Origin: Tubulanus polymorphus
Lineage: Eukaryota > Animalia > Nemertea
DNA: 64,000 nucleotides
Direction: 5' to 3'
NCBI RefSeq assembly: GCF_964204645.1
Contig: NC_134028.1
Location: 14,205,653 to 14,269,652, forward strand
Below the pieces are notes generated by a model. That model did not search any database. It saw nothing but the letters and a program-made list of their open reading frames with translations, and was not told the origin of the DNA. The translations under genes were made by a program, and so were the position numbers. This document shows, in pieces, positions 36,555 to 46,246 of the stretch. How positions within the stretch are numbered: the stretch's first letter is position 1; each line of letters begins with the position of its first letter.

Positions 36555-38261
36555 ATGGCAGAAGGTGGAGAAGGTTTTCCATTGGGTGGCATTGGAAATA
36601 ATAATGAAGGATTTATACCTGATAAACCACAACCTGATTTTGATGAAACAAGTTTTAATGATGGTAATGAATCAGCATATAATTCTAATTTAGGTGAAGA
36701 TGATTCTAGTGGGCCTATATTATATGATTATGATGAATTTAAAGATGATACTGAAACAAGTGAAAAATTAATAGATTATTTAAGAACACGCGATGAGATA
36801 ATAATTAAAACTAGACCAAAAAGAAAAGATTTAATTAATAGATTAGAAAGAACAGAAAACCCTGAATTGAAAAAAGAATTATTATACATAAAACATAGTG
36901 TAACAAATACAGTTATTGAAGAATTATTACCAAAAAATGTAACATATAACATTGAACCAGAAGATATTGCAATACAAATTGTAGAAGATGATCCATTCTT
37001 CATGAATAATTTAGAATTTAAAAATGATTCATGGTTTTATAAAGTTGAATTAAATAACGAAACTGTATCAATTCAATTATCTAAAATGGGACAAAAAGAT
37101 CTGTACCATCCTGAAATGCGTGCAGGATCTTCAATTGAACGTTCAAAAGGTGGTAGAGAATTTCTCAGAATTATATGGAATGCAATCGATAGAATAAATG
37201 AAGAACATATTCATAATATTGATATAAACAAATATTCACCATTTAAAAATCCAAATCCAAATCCTACTGATGTTGATCCAGAAACTGATGAAGATTTTGC
37301 AAATCGATTAGATAGATTAAGATCTTCAACGCCCGAAACATCGAGAAGAGACACTCAACCAATTGATAATGATTCAAGTCAATTACAATTAGTATTAGAA
37401 GAACAAATTGATAGATTAAGAGATTCAGAAGAAGAGATGAATAGTACTGGAATAAATCGAATACAATCTTTACTAAAAAAAGGACTTCTTAAATTAACTG
37501 ATGATGAATTGGAAGCATTTCCTGAACAATCACGTAGAGAAATTAAAGGTATACAAGAATCAGCTGATGTAAATGCTAATATTAATATGAGATTTTCTAA
37601 AATAGCCATGTTAGAAAAAGAATTAGCTATTGCAAATGAAAAATTAGAACAATTAGAATTAAATAGAGATCTTAATGTAATTTATGAAGCTTATTATGAA
37701 AGCGGAAAGTTAGCTTTAGAAAAAGAAATAGATGATTTAAAATATAATATAGAATTACAGAAAGAAGAAAGAGATACATTATTAAAATCATATGATCTTA
37801 ATCATATTAAAAAATTTAAAGTTATTTTTAAAGATTTGTTGATAAAACCAAATTCTGAAATATCATTGAAAGATAGAATAAAATTATAATTTAAGTTAGA
37901 AGGAATAACAATTCTTTCAATTCTAACAGCTGTAACTATGTTATTTACAACAATAGGTTTAGCAATATCAAATGCTTTAAAATCTACTCCTACTCCCAAT
38001 AAACCGGATAAACCCCCGAATGATAATAATTCTATACAAGATAAAGTTAAGGATGGTTTAAGAAAATTAGCAAAATATTTATGGGAACTATCTAAAAAAT
38101 CTGCTGCAGCTTTACCAGGAATTATTGCATCAATTGTTGGTTTTATATTGAAATCTGCAGGAAACATTATTAACTTTGCTGCTGAACATATTATTTTATT
38201 TTTAATTACAGTTGTAAGTGCTATTATTTTTGGGTTAGTAAACAAGATCAAAAATAAATAA
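36555..38261 (+). pseudogene. MAEGG-type coiled-coil/membrane protein (~568 aa, one internal stop)
   Basis: The 444-aa and 107-aa ORFs are in the same frame, separated by TAA; C-terminal hydrophobic helices. Confidence 0.8.
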
Positions 38262-38281
38262 TTAATTTTTTTGTTAAATAA

Positions 38282-39524
38282 ATGAGTGGGAGTTATATCA
38301 ATCCTTCTAAGAATCATAGAATATCTAATGCTATTAAAGCAGAAAGATCACATCATATAATTACTCATAACCCTTCTAACATTAATCCTGATGAAACTTT
38401 ATATGTTATAATTCCTCGATTAACACAAAATACTTTTTATGTTCCAAATAGTATTTATTTATCAGCCGATATAAAAGTAACTGGTCATGATAATAATTAT
38501 GTTGTTGATTATGTTGGAAGATATTCGATTAAAAAATTAACTATAAAGATTGGTCCAGAAACCGTTTTCTCATTAGATGATTATAATTTATTTATGCATT
38601 ATAAAGATTTATGGTTAACTAAAGAAAATAGAAATAATATGATATTTCAAGGAATCCAATCAGAAAACCATAATAAATTAAGATCAGGAGCTAATGACGC
38701 AATAGTAACTCGTACCGCAGATAATTTGATTAAAAAGATTCATGGAAGCAAATATAAAATTCCATTAGACTTTGAATTGATAAATAATAATGCGCCTTTA
38801 TATAAATACGCAATTCAAGAAGACGTTATATTCGAAATAACATTTGCTCCTGTAAATGAAATTGTATTATCTAGCGTAAGATATGAGTTATAATTTATCG
38901 AATATATGTTTAGAATATGACACAGTAACTGATTAAAATATTGCAAGTATAATTCAAACTAAATACAATCAAGGATTTTCATTATTATATGATTATATTG
39001 ATAAATTTAAAACCGTAACTATTAATGCAAATGATGAAATTATTAATGAGAATATTAACTTCCCAAGAAGATCTATTAAAGGTATATTAATATTTTTTAC
39101 CATTGCAACATATTCTAATGGTGCAATACAGGTTGATAAGTATTATAATCCTGAAATAACAAAAGTAGAAATAACTATCGAAGGAATAGCAAATAAAATA
39201 TTTTGTCAAGGAATGAGAATGATAGATCAATGGCCAGAAATTAGAAAACATTTTATGAATGAAAAAGTAAAATCATCTGAAAATTGTAATATTAATCAAA
39301 TTGATTATTATACCGGTAATAAATATGCATTATGGTTAGATTTTAGAACAACGGAGGATAATTCATTACATGGTTCTGGAAAAAAATTACAAAACACTAA
39401 AGATGGAATACAATTATTCATGACAAAGAAAAAAGGAAGCTTAAATTTCAAAATGCACGTTTATATTATATCTGATGCGCAATTAAATATTGTAAATTCT
39501 CAATTAAATAGTGTTATGTATTAA
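38282..39524 (+). pseudogene. Putative double jelly-roll major capsid protein, disrupted
   Basis: Highly conserved across B, C and D; ~410 aa; beta-rich pattern (NPSNINPDETLYVRIP, IPLDF, LEYDTV, INENINFPRRSIKGILIFF, YALWLDFR). Confidence 0.72.
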
Positions 39525-39556
39525 AATTTTAACTTTAATAAAAAATCTTATATTAA

Positions 39557-40681
39557 ATGGAAGGTGGAATATATGAAATACAAACTCCAAGTGAAATGAT
39601 AACAGATATATATTATATATTACCTTATGATGAATACATTAAGTATTTTGGAGATTACCTTAATCAATTCAAATATAGAATAAGTAAAATAAAAGATAAT
39701 ATTGAAACTAAAATAGAAGATAAGAATGATATTGAATATAAAATAGAAGATGATATTGAAACTAAAATAGAAGATAGTAATAATATTGAAACTAAAATAG
39801 AAGATGTAACAGCATCTACATCTTATAATATACCCTCTACATATGATATTGAATCAAAAAAAGATTATTATAATCCAAAATATTGTGATGTATGTAAGAA
39901 ATATATATCATATAAAAATTGGGCATCACATAAGAAATCAAAGAAACATATAGAAAAAGAAAAGAATAATAATGATAATAATATATCAGTTAGTAATATA
40001 AAAGATAATGTTAACCCAATTGAAACTAATGATACCATAGATAATATAACAGATAATGTTTACCCAATTGAAACTAATGATAATGATATAACAGATAATG
40101 AAATAATTGATGATTCTAAAAAACATTGTAACATTTGTAATTTAGATATTTCTAAAAGTAATTTTTCTAAAAATAAAAAATCTAAGGGGCACATAGAAAA
40201 TGAAAAAGAATTAATATGTGATTATTGTAATAAAGAAATTGAACCTGTTGATAAAATTACTTATTATAAATCAAAATTACATCTAATTATTGTTTATAAA
40301 AAAGTGGGTATGTTACCATTGTTAGATGAACCAAAGAAATATATCAAATATTTTAATCCTGAAACTAAACAATATCATATATTCTTTAAGTTGTCATTTG
40401 ATAAATTATTAGCTTATGCAGAAGATAATCCTGACCAAATATATAAATTAGCGTATAATGGATACCTAGATTTATTTAATTTAATAAATGATTTTGAATT
40501 TGATTTTGATGGTGATAATTCTAATGATTACTTTGAAAAATTAAGAATAAAAGCTGGATTAAGTGATGATGAACGTAGAATGAAGGATGAAATAGAATTA
40601 ATAAATATGCCAAAGACTTCTGATGAATTTGATATAAACAAAGATGATTTTATAAATGTATTAGAAACAAAATTAGAATAA
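39557..40681 (+). CDS. Multi-zinc-finger protein with IETKIED repeats
   Basis: Three CxxC...H..S..H-type motifs (some degenerate); homolog of 19655-20749. Confidence 0.8.
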   Translation: MEGGIYEIQTPSEMITDIYYILPYDEYIKYFGDYLNQFKYRISKIKDNIETKIEDKNDIEYKIEDDIETKIEDSNNIETKIEDVTASTSYNIPSTYDIESKKDYYNPKYCDVCKKYISYKNWASHKKSKKHIEKEKNNNDNNISVSNIKDNVNPIETNDTIDNITDNVYPIETNDNDITDNEIIDDSKKHCNICNLDISKSNFSKNKKSKGHIENEKELICDYCNKEIEPVDKITYYKSKLHLIIVYKKVGMLPLLDEPKKYIKYFNPETKQYHIFFKLSFDKLLAYAEDNPDQIYKLAYNGYLDLFNLINDFEFDFDGDNSNDYFEKLRIKAGLSDDERRMKDEIELINMPKTSDEFDINKDDFINVLETKLE

Positions 40682-40689
40682 TTATTATA

Positions 40690-41020
40690 AAACTATTTAT
40701 ATATCTATAAAAATATTTATATATCTATGCACTAGACGTATGAGTATGAAAGTAAGAACCCAAGAATCCTTGCCAAGAAATATAAATTATAAACATAAAT
40801 TATAAACATAAATTATAAACATAAATTATAAACATAAATTATAAACATAGTTTTAATATATAATTTATTCATCATTATATATTTCATTTAATAATTCATA
40901 TTTCTATGGACTAGACGTACGTAAGAATCCAAGATTCTTGCCAAGAAAGTAAAAAGGTAAGAATCTTACTTTCTTACTCGTACGTCTAGTACATAGAAAT
41001 ATAAATTAGTTTCTATAATA
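40690..41020. repeat. Structured convergent intergenic region (candidate bidirectional terminator)
   Basis: ATTTCTATGGACTAGACGTACG...CGTACGTCTAGTACATAGAAAT inverted repeat and (TATAAACATAAAT)n array between convergent gene blocks. Confidence 0.75.
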
Positions 41021-41037
41021 TTCCAAATTATAAATAG

Positions 41038-41649
41038 TTATTTTATAAATTTATATTCATATGGAAATTGTAGTCTCAGTAATAATTTTGAACCTTTATT
41101 ATTCTTTAATTTATTCATATATTCATCATGTAATTCAGTATGTATAATTTGATTTTCTTCCAATGATTGTTGCATAGATTTTTTATCTTTGTTATAAATT
41201 AAAACTAGAAATCTTATATTCTCCCTAAAGTCTTTAACAATTGAATTATATTTTTGATTTATAACCCATGTTGTTATCCCAAAATGTCTCCCAGAGAAAG
41301 CTAGATAACATAACTCACTTTCTCTCACTTTTGAATCATGTAGATTAGCACAATCATCTACAATGAATAATGTATTTGATCCTTTATAAGTATCAATTGC
41401 TATTTTAATACAATTATCTAAATTTTCCTTTACTGTTTTAGGATCTAATATAATAAACTTTTTCATCTCAACTATATCTCTATTATATGTTTTATTCATT
41501 TCATAAGTAGGACCGAATAATATTATATTATCAAAATGATTCTTATAAATAGTTTCTAACAAATCTAATATGAAATGTGTTTTACCACAATTGGTTACTC
41601 CAGTAACTAACATATTATGCGGTTCAAATATAAATAAATCTTTACTCAT
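41038..41649 (-). CDS. A32/FtsK-like genome packaging ATPase (intact)
   Basis: GVTNCGKT Walker A, LFIVDD Walker B, SGRH arginine motif, NQKY sensor. Confidence 0.93.
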   Translation of the reverse strand: MSKDLFIFEPHNMLVTGVTNCGKTHFILDLLETIYKNHFDNIILFGPTYEMNKTYNRDIVEMKKFIILDPKTVKENLDNCIKIAIDTYKGSNTLFIVDDCANLHDSKVRESELCYLAFSGRHFGITTWVINQKYNSIVKDFRENIRFLVLIYNKDKKSMQQSLEENQIIHTELHDEYMNKLKNNKGSKLLLRLQFPYEYKFIK

Positions 41650-42751
41650 TTATTCTTTTAATTTTACTAGATAAAATCCATTCATTAAATTTATCATCGT
41701 ATCCTTTATATTTCACCAAAGAATACTTTTTTCCTTTAAGAGTTTTCGTTTTCAATACTTTTTCTATTTTGTATTCTATTTCATCTGGATTTGGTACAAG
41801 TGATAATTCTTGTTCATAGAAATAACCTAATATTTCTTCATCTTTTATATCTTCTAATTTATAAACAAAAGGTTTAGTTAATATTATCTATTTAATCTTG
41901 AATATTTCTTCAGTAAAATTTGGGGTATAACCTTTATAAAAAGTTTTTCTATATTTAGATATTCTTACGTGTTGTCCTATTTTAAATTTAGGTTCACCGA
42001 AATCATGTGTAACAAACGCTCCATATAAATTATTCCAAACTATTTCCGAATTATCTTCTTTTCTAGCTTGTATAGGTTTCATATTTATAGAACTATGTTT
42101 AGAATTATTATAACCTTTCACTAAATCATCTAATACATCGATATATTTGTATGTTTCATTAGCAGTAAAATATTTCCACATTCTAGTTTTCAATGTTTTA
42201 TTAAATCTTTCTATAATACATGCTTTTTTATCCGAGTGTGTTGAAAAATAATCTACATCGTTATCAGATAATAGTTTTTTGAAATGTTTGTTATAAAATT
42301 CCTTACCTTCATCAAATTGTATCTTATCTGGAATAGCTTCTTTAAATATATTCTTAAAAGCATTTGTCACTTCTATGCCAGTTTTATTTTTGATTGGAAT
42401 TGACCATGCGTATCTACTGAATATGTCTATAACATTTAATATCCAGAAATATCCTTTGTTGTATTCCTCTAAGTTCTTCATGTCAATTAAATCTGCTTGC
42501 CATTGTTGATCGATATATGAAACCATAACTTTTCTTGTTTTATCCATTTTCTTGTGGATTTGATATGTTGGTTGATTTTGTAACCATGATTTCAATTCAC
42601 TATATTTTATATCACCGTGTGGGTGCCATACGGCACCATTACCATTTTCCTTATCAGATTTAATTTTACCCCATAATTCTGTAACGTTAGAATATGATAC
42701 TTCACTTTCTGGGTTATAATATAACTCTCTTAAATATTCTTCTTTTTTCAT
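41642..42751 (-). pseudogene. rve integrase with chromodomain, internal stop at 41888
   Basis: Intact DDE core (WQADL, QFDEGKEF, IERFNKT); the chromodomain lies after the stop. Confidence 0.93.
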
Positions 42752-42757
42752 CTTATT

Positions 42758-43156
42758 TTAATCCATTAATAATAATTTAGATTTAGTTTCAATGACTTTA
42801 TGATTTGACTTATTTTCTGGTATGATAGGTTTACTGTCTGTATACGGATAACTAAGTTTCCGATTGTTATTGGAATCATCTTTATCATCAGATTTGAATT
42901 TTGATTTATATATTACACCGGATAATATAATAATTGTGATTAACCCAATTGTAATATATAAGTAATTATTTCTTCCACTATTAGAAGAATTAGATGGATT
43001 ACTATTTGAATCAATATCAGATAAAGTCGGTGATTCATTTATATCAGTTAATTTCTTTTTCTTAGCTTTTTTTAATTCTGAAGATCTTTTACCCAATTCT
43101 CTTGTCCATTTAATTTGTTTTTCAGATCTAGCCTTTTTCTTAACATCATCACTCAT
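42758..43156 (-). CDS. 132-aa basic single-TM protein
   Basis: Lys-rich N-terminus and YLYITIGLITIIILSGVIY TM segment; conserved in B and D. Confidence 0.75.
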   Translation of the reverse strand: MSDDVKKKARSEKQIKWTRELGKRSSELKKAKKKKLTDINESPTLSDIDSNSNPSNSSNSGRNNYLYITIGLITIIILSGVIYKSKFKSDDKDDSNNNRKLSYPYTDSKPIIPENKSNHKVIETKSKLLLMD

Positions 43157-43159
43157 TTA

Positions 43160-43757
43160 TTTTAGTTAATTTTTGTTCTGATTCATTTTCTGTTTAGACG
43201 TTTGGTTGTAGTACAGCGTCATCTGTTTCGTTCTTACCTGATTTATATTCCATAGGCTTGATGTTCGAAAATGTTATGACGCCAGTAGAAATTAATGTCA
43301 AAACCGATCCTAATTGAAATGAAGCATATCCGACCCATTTTTGTAATTCAGTCATAACTAACTAGTCATTTTTCAAATCACTATATAATTTATTTTCATC
43401 ATCAATTGGTATTAACTGGTTACATAACTTAGAGTAACATTTTATAATACCATCACTTATAGAGTCGTTTATTCTAGCTAATCTAGCTTCTTCATAAATC
43501 TAAAAATATTTTATTACTTTATCGGGTTTCATAGCATCTAATTCTTGAAAAGTTATTATTTTCCCGATAAACTGATTACATTTACCACTAGCAATTAATA
43601 ATTCTAGATGGTGCTTACAATATAAATAGTATTCATAATCAATATTACAATTAATATTATTTTCAATTTTGATTGGAATATCCTTATTATCACTAATACC
43701 TAAATCATCTAATGTTTTTTCAATATCAATACTATTCTTACTCGATTTCTTTGACAT
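43160..43757 (-). pseudogene. Conserved ~200-aa hypothetical protein, internal stop
   Basis: Homologous to 6818-7425 and 60307-60887. Confidence 0.7.
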
Positions 43758-44016
43758 TTATATTAGAGAAATTAAATAAGAAAAATATTATAAGTATTAT
43801 AAAATGATACCAGTATCTTTTTAGATTAATACTAGCTTAGTTAAAGGTAAATAATTTTAGTATTAGTTATTGTTTTTTTAGTATTTTTTATTTGTGATAT
43901 AAAGTATTCTTTTTTGAAAAGAAAATATTAAAAAAACAATAACTAATACTGGCTAGTTGAAGATATGTAATTTTTAATACTTTTTATTTAAAATCTATTA
44001 TTCTTTAACCACTCAT

Positions 44017-44667
44017 TTAAGACTCAACGTATTGTTCATTATTTGGATCATTGTTCCATTGATCAATAAATTTCTTTGCCTTTGTTAACTGTTCTGAATA
44101 TAACTGTAAATCTAGTTTATTAGATTTGATTTGATTTTCTTTCTTTTCTAGAGGTCTTAAATTTTTCCAACCCCAAATAAGTTTTTTATTGTATTCATCA
44201 TTCATGTTAAATTTAGATAACACATGATCAATATGAAAGTATTCACCATAATTATCTACATTCATTTTATCGTCGAATTGATATATTATCCACGATTTTA
44301 AGAATTCATCTGTACAACCCAACAAATTAGATAGTGTTTCTGAATGTGTTTCTTTGTTGAATAATTGTGTTAATCTAGATCTTAAACATTGTTTCAATCT
44401 AAAATTAAGATCTGTTTGATATCTTTCTCTCATATATTCTGCCATATATTAATTATAATGTTCTATATTATCTTCTCAGTATTGTTTGGTATATAGTTTA
44501 AAACAAGTTTTACAGCAATATTGAAAACCATATTTGCTAATCTTACGCTTACTAAATTCTGTTAAAGCTAATTTATCTAATTCACATTTACAACACTTCT
44601 TGTAATATATATTTATAACACCAGTGTTATTTGTAATATTGATAGTTTGTGGTTGTTCTGGTTCCAT
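44017..44667 (-). pseudogene. HNH-like nuclease, internal stop
   Basis: Two in-frame fragments; HIDHVL and NLRPLEKKEN motifs. Confidence 0.75.
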
Positions 44668-44996
44668 TTATTATACGTATTTTTTACTAAATTGGTTAAT
44701 ATTTTAGAATCCTCTTCCATTTCTTCGACCAACGTCATCCTTTTTAATTCCTCGCTGCTTTTGATAAGTTGTTTCGATTCCCTGATATCAAATTCCTCAA
44801 CGTATTGTTCATTATTTGGATCATTATTCCATAATTCAATAAATTTCTTTGCCTTTGTTAACTGTTCTGAATATAACTGTAAATATTCTAGTTTCAATTT
44901 ATTCTCTAAATGTGTTTTAGTTTTATTGTGTCTTGCTTTTTGGGATTTATCTATATTGATTTTACATGTTGGGCAGTAGTACTTATTTGCTTCCAT
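44613..44996 (-). other. Chimeric ORF: PolB N-terminal zinc finger fused to an HNH C-terminal fragment
   Basis: The first 38 aa are identical to the 28677 ORF, followed by LQLYSEQLTKAKKFI... from the HNH tail. Confidence 0.8.
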
Positions 44997-45075
44997 TTTA
45001 ATATCAAATTTTTTATTAAAATTGATTTTAGAAGTTTTTCATTTATATTTTATTCATATATATGAATATTTTAAG

Positions 45076-45459
45076 AGTAATAGGGAATATGTTGTTTCAG
45101 GTTAAAGGTTGAATGGTCGAGTTCATTAATAACAAATATTAAAAGTAATTTAAAACTATAATATATTTTCATAACCGTGTGTATTTCAGTTGAATATTAT
45201 TTTCATTTGAATATATTTGATTATATGAATGTGTGTATTGTAAATAAATCAATTGGTCGCGGAGCGGAGCGGTAGCGAAGTGGTGATTTAATACAATATG
45301 CTTTTTAAATTATTGATATCTTAGAATAAATATTTAGTTTTAATATAAAATGCACACGGTAATGAAAATATATTATAGTTTTAAATTACTTTTAATGTTT
45401 TGTTTTTAATGAACTCGGCCGTTCGACCTTTGATCTGAAACAACATATTCCCTATTACT
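45076..45459. repeat. Right terminal fold-back (384 bp) of element C
   Basis: Reverse complement of 28204-28597 with a ~10-nt deletion beside the loop. Confidence 0.95.
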
Positions 45460-45630
45460 CATAGACACCAAGCCACGTGGCATTGGTTTTTTAAGGGCTA
45501 TTCAGTTTACTCCAAAACAAGTCAATGATTAACATTAAAAAAGCTTCATATCAAGGGTATGTCGCAGGACTCGTGACGCCCATGAATTATCATCCCATAA
45601 TTACAATGAATCCAATTCTGCATGTACGTT

Positions 45631-46040
45631 AGTAATAGGGGTAATGGGCTTTCAGGCCAAAGGTCGAAGGGTCGAGCTCATTAAAAAACAAAACATTAAA
45701 AGTAACTTAAAACTATAATATATTTTCATAACCGTGTGTATTTTATATTATAACTAAATATTCATTCTAAGATATCAATAATTTAAATTTAAAAAGCATA
45801 TTGTATTAAATCAATTGGTCGCTCCACTTCGCTACCGCTCCGCTCCGCGACCAATTGATTTATTTACAATACACAAATTCATATAATCAAATATATTTTA
45901 ATAATAATTATTATTCTATTATTCAACTGAAATACACACGGTTATGAAAATATATTATAGTTTTAAATTACTTTTAAAATTTGTTTTTAATGAACTCGAC
46001 CATTCAACCTTTAACCTGAAAGCCCATTACCCCTATTACT
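45631..46040. repeat. Left terminal fold-back (410 bp) of element D
   Basis: AGTAATAGGGGTAATGGGCTTTCAG...CTGAAAGCCCATTACCCCTATTACT. Confidence 0.95.
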
Positions 46041-46246
46041 CTTAAAATATTCATGTAAATGAATAACATTTAAATTGAAAGATTATTCAATATAAAAGTA
46101 TATATTTACAACATTATTTCAATATTCATATTTGTGTGAGTTAGATTTTTAAACATTAAAAGTGTTAGTAAAGTGTGATTGAAATAATACATGATATAAA
46201 TCATTGAACTTCTAAAATCAATTTTAATAAAAAATTTAGTATTAAA

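Larger units (their letters stand above)
28204..45459 (+). mobile_element. Complete Polinton/Maverick-like element C (17,256 bp)
   Basis: AGT...ACT termini, TIRs of ~585 bp, 6-bp TSD CATAGA (28198-28203 and 45460-45465); PolB, integrase, ATPase and capsid genes. Confidence 0.97.

Noticed and set aside
37802-38317. 171-aa antisense ORF (also 55181-55699 and 22012-22370)
   Set aside because: Shadow of the conserved MAEGG C-terminus; broken in B and lacking the family start motif.
45076-46040. Parvovirus-style flip/flop isomers of the terminal hairpins
   Set aside because: All five ~400-bp ends have the same orientation relative to the element; no flop form is seen, so classical terminal resolution is not supported.
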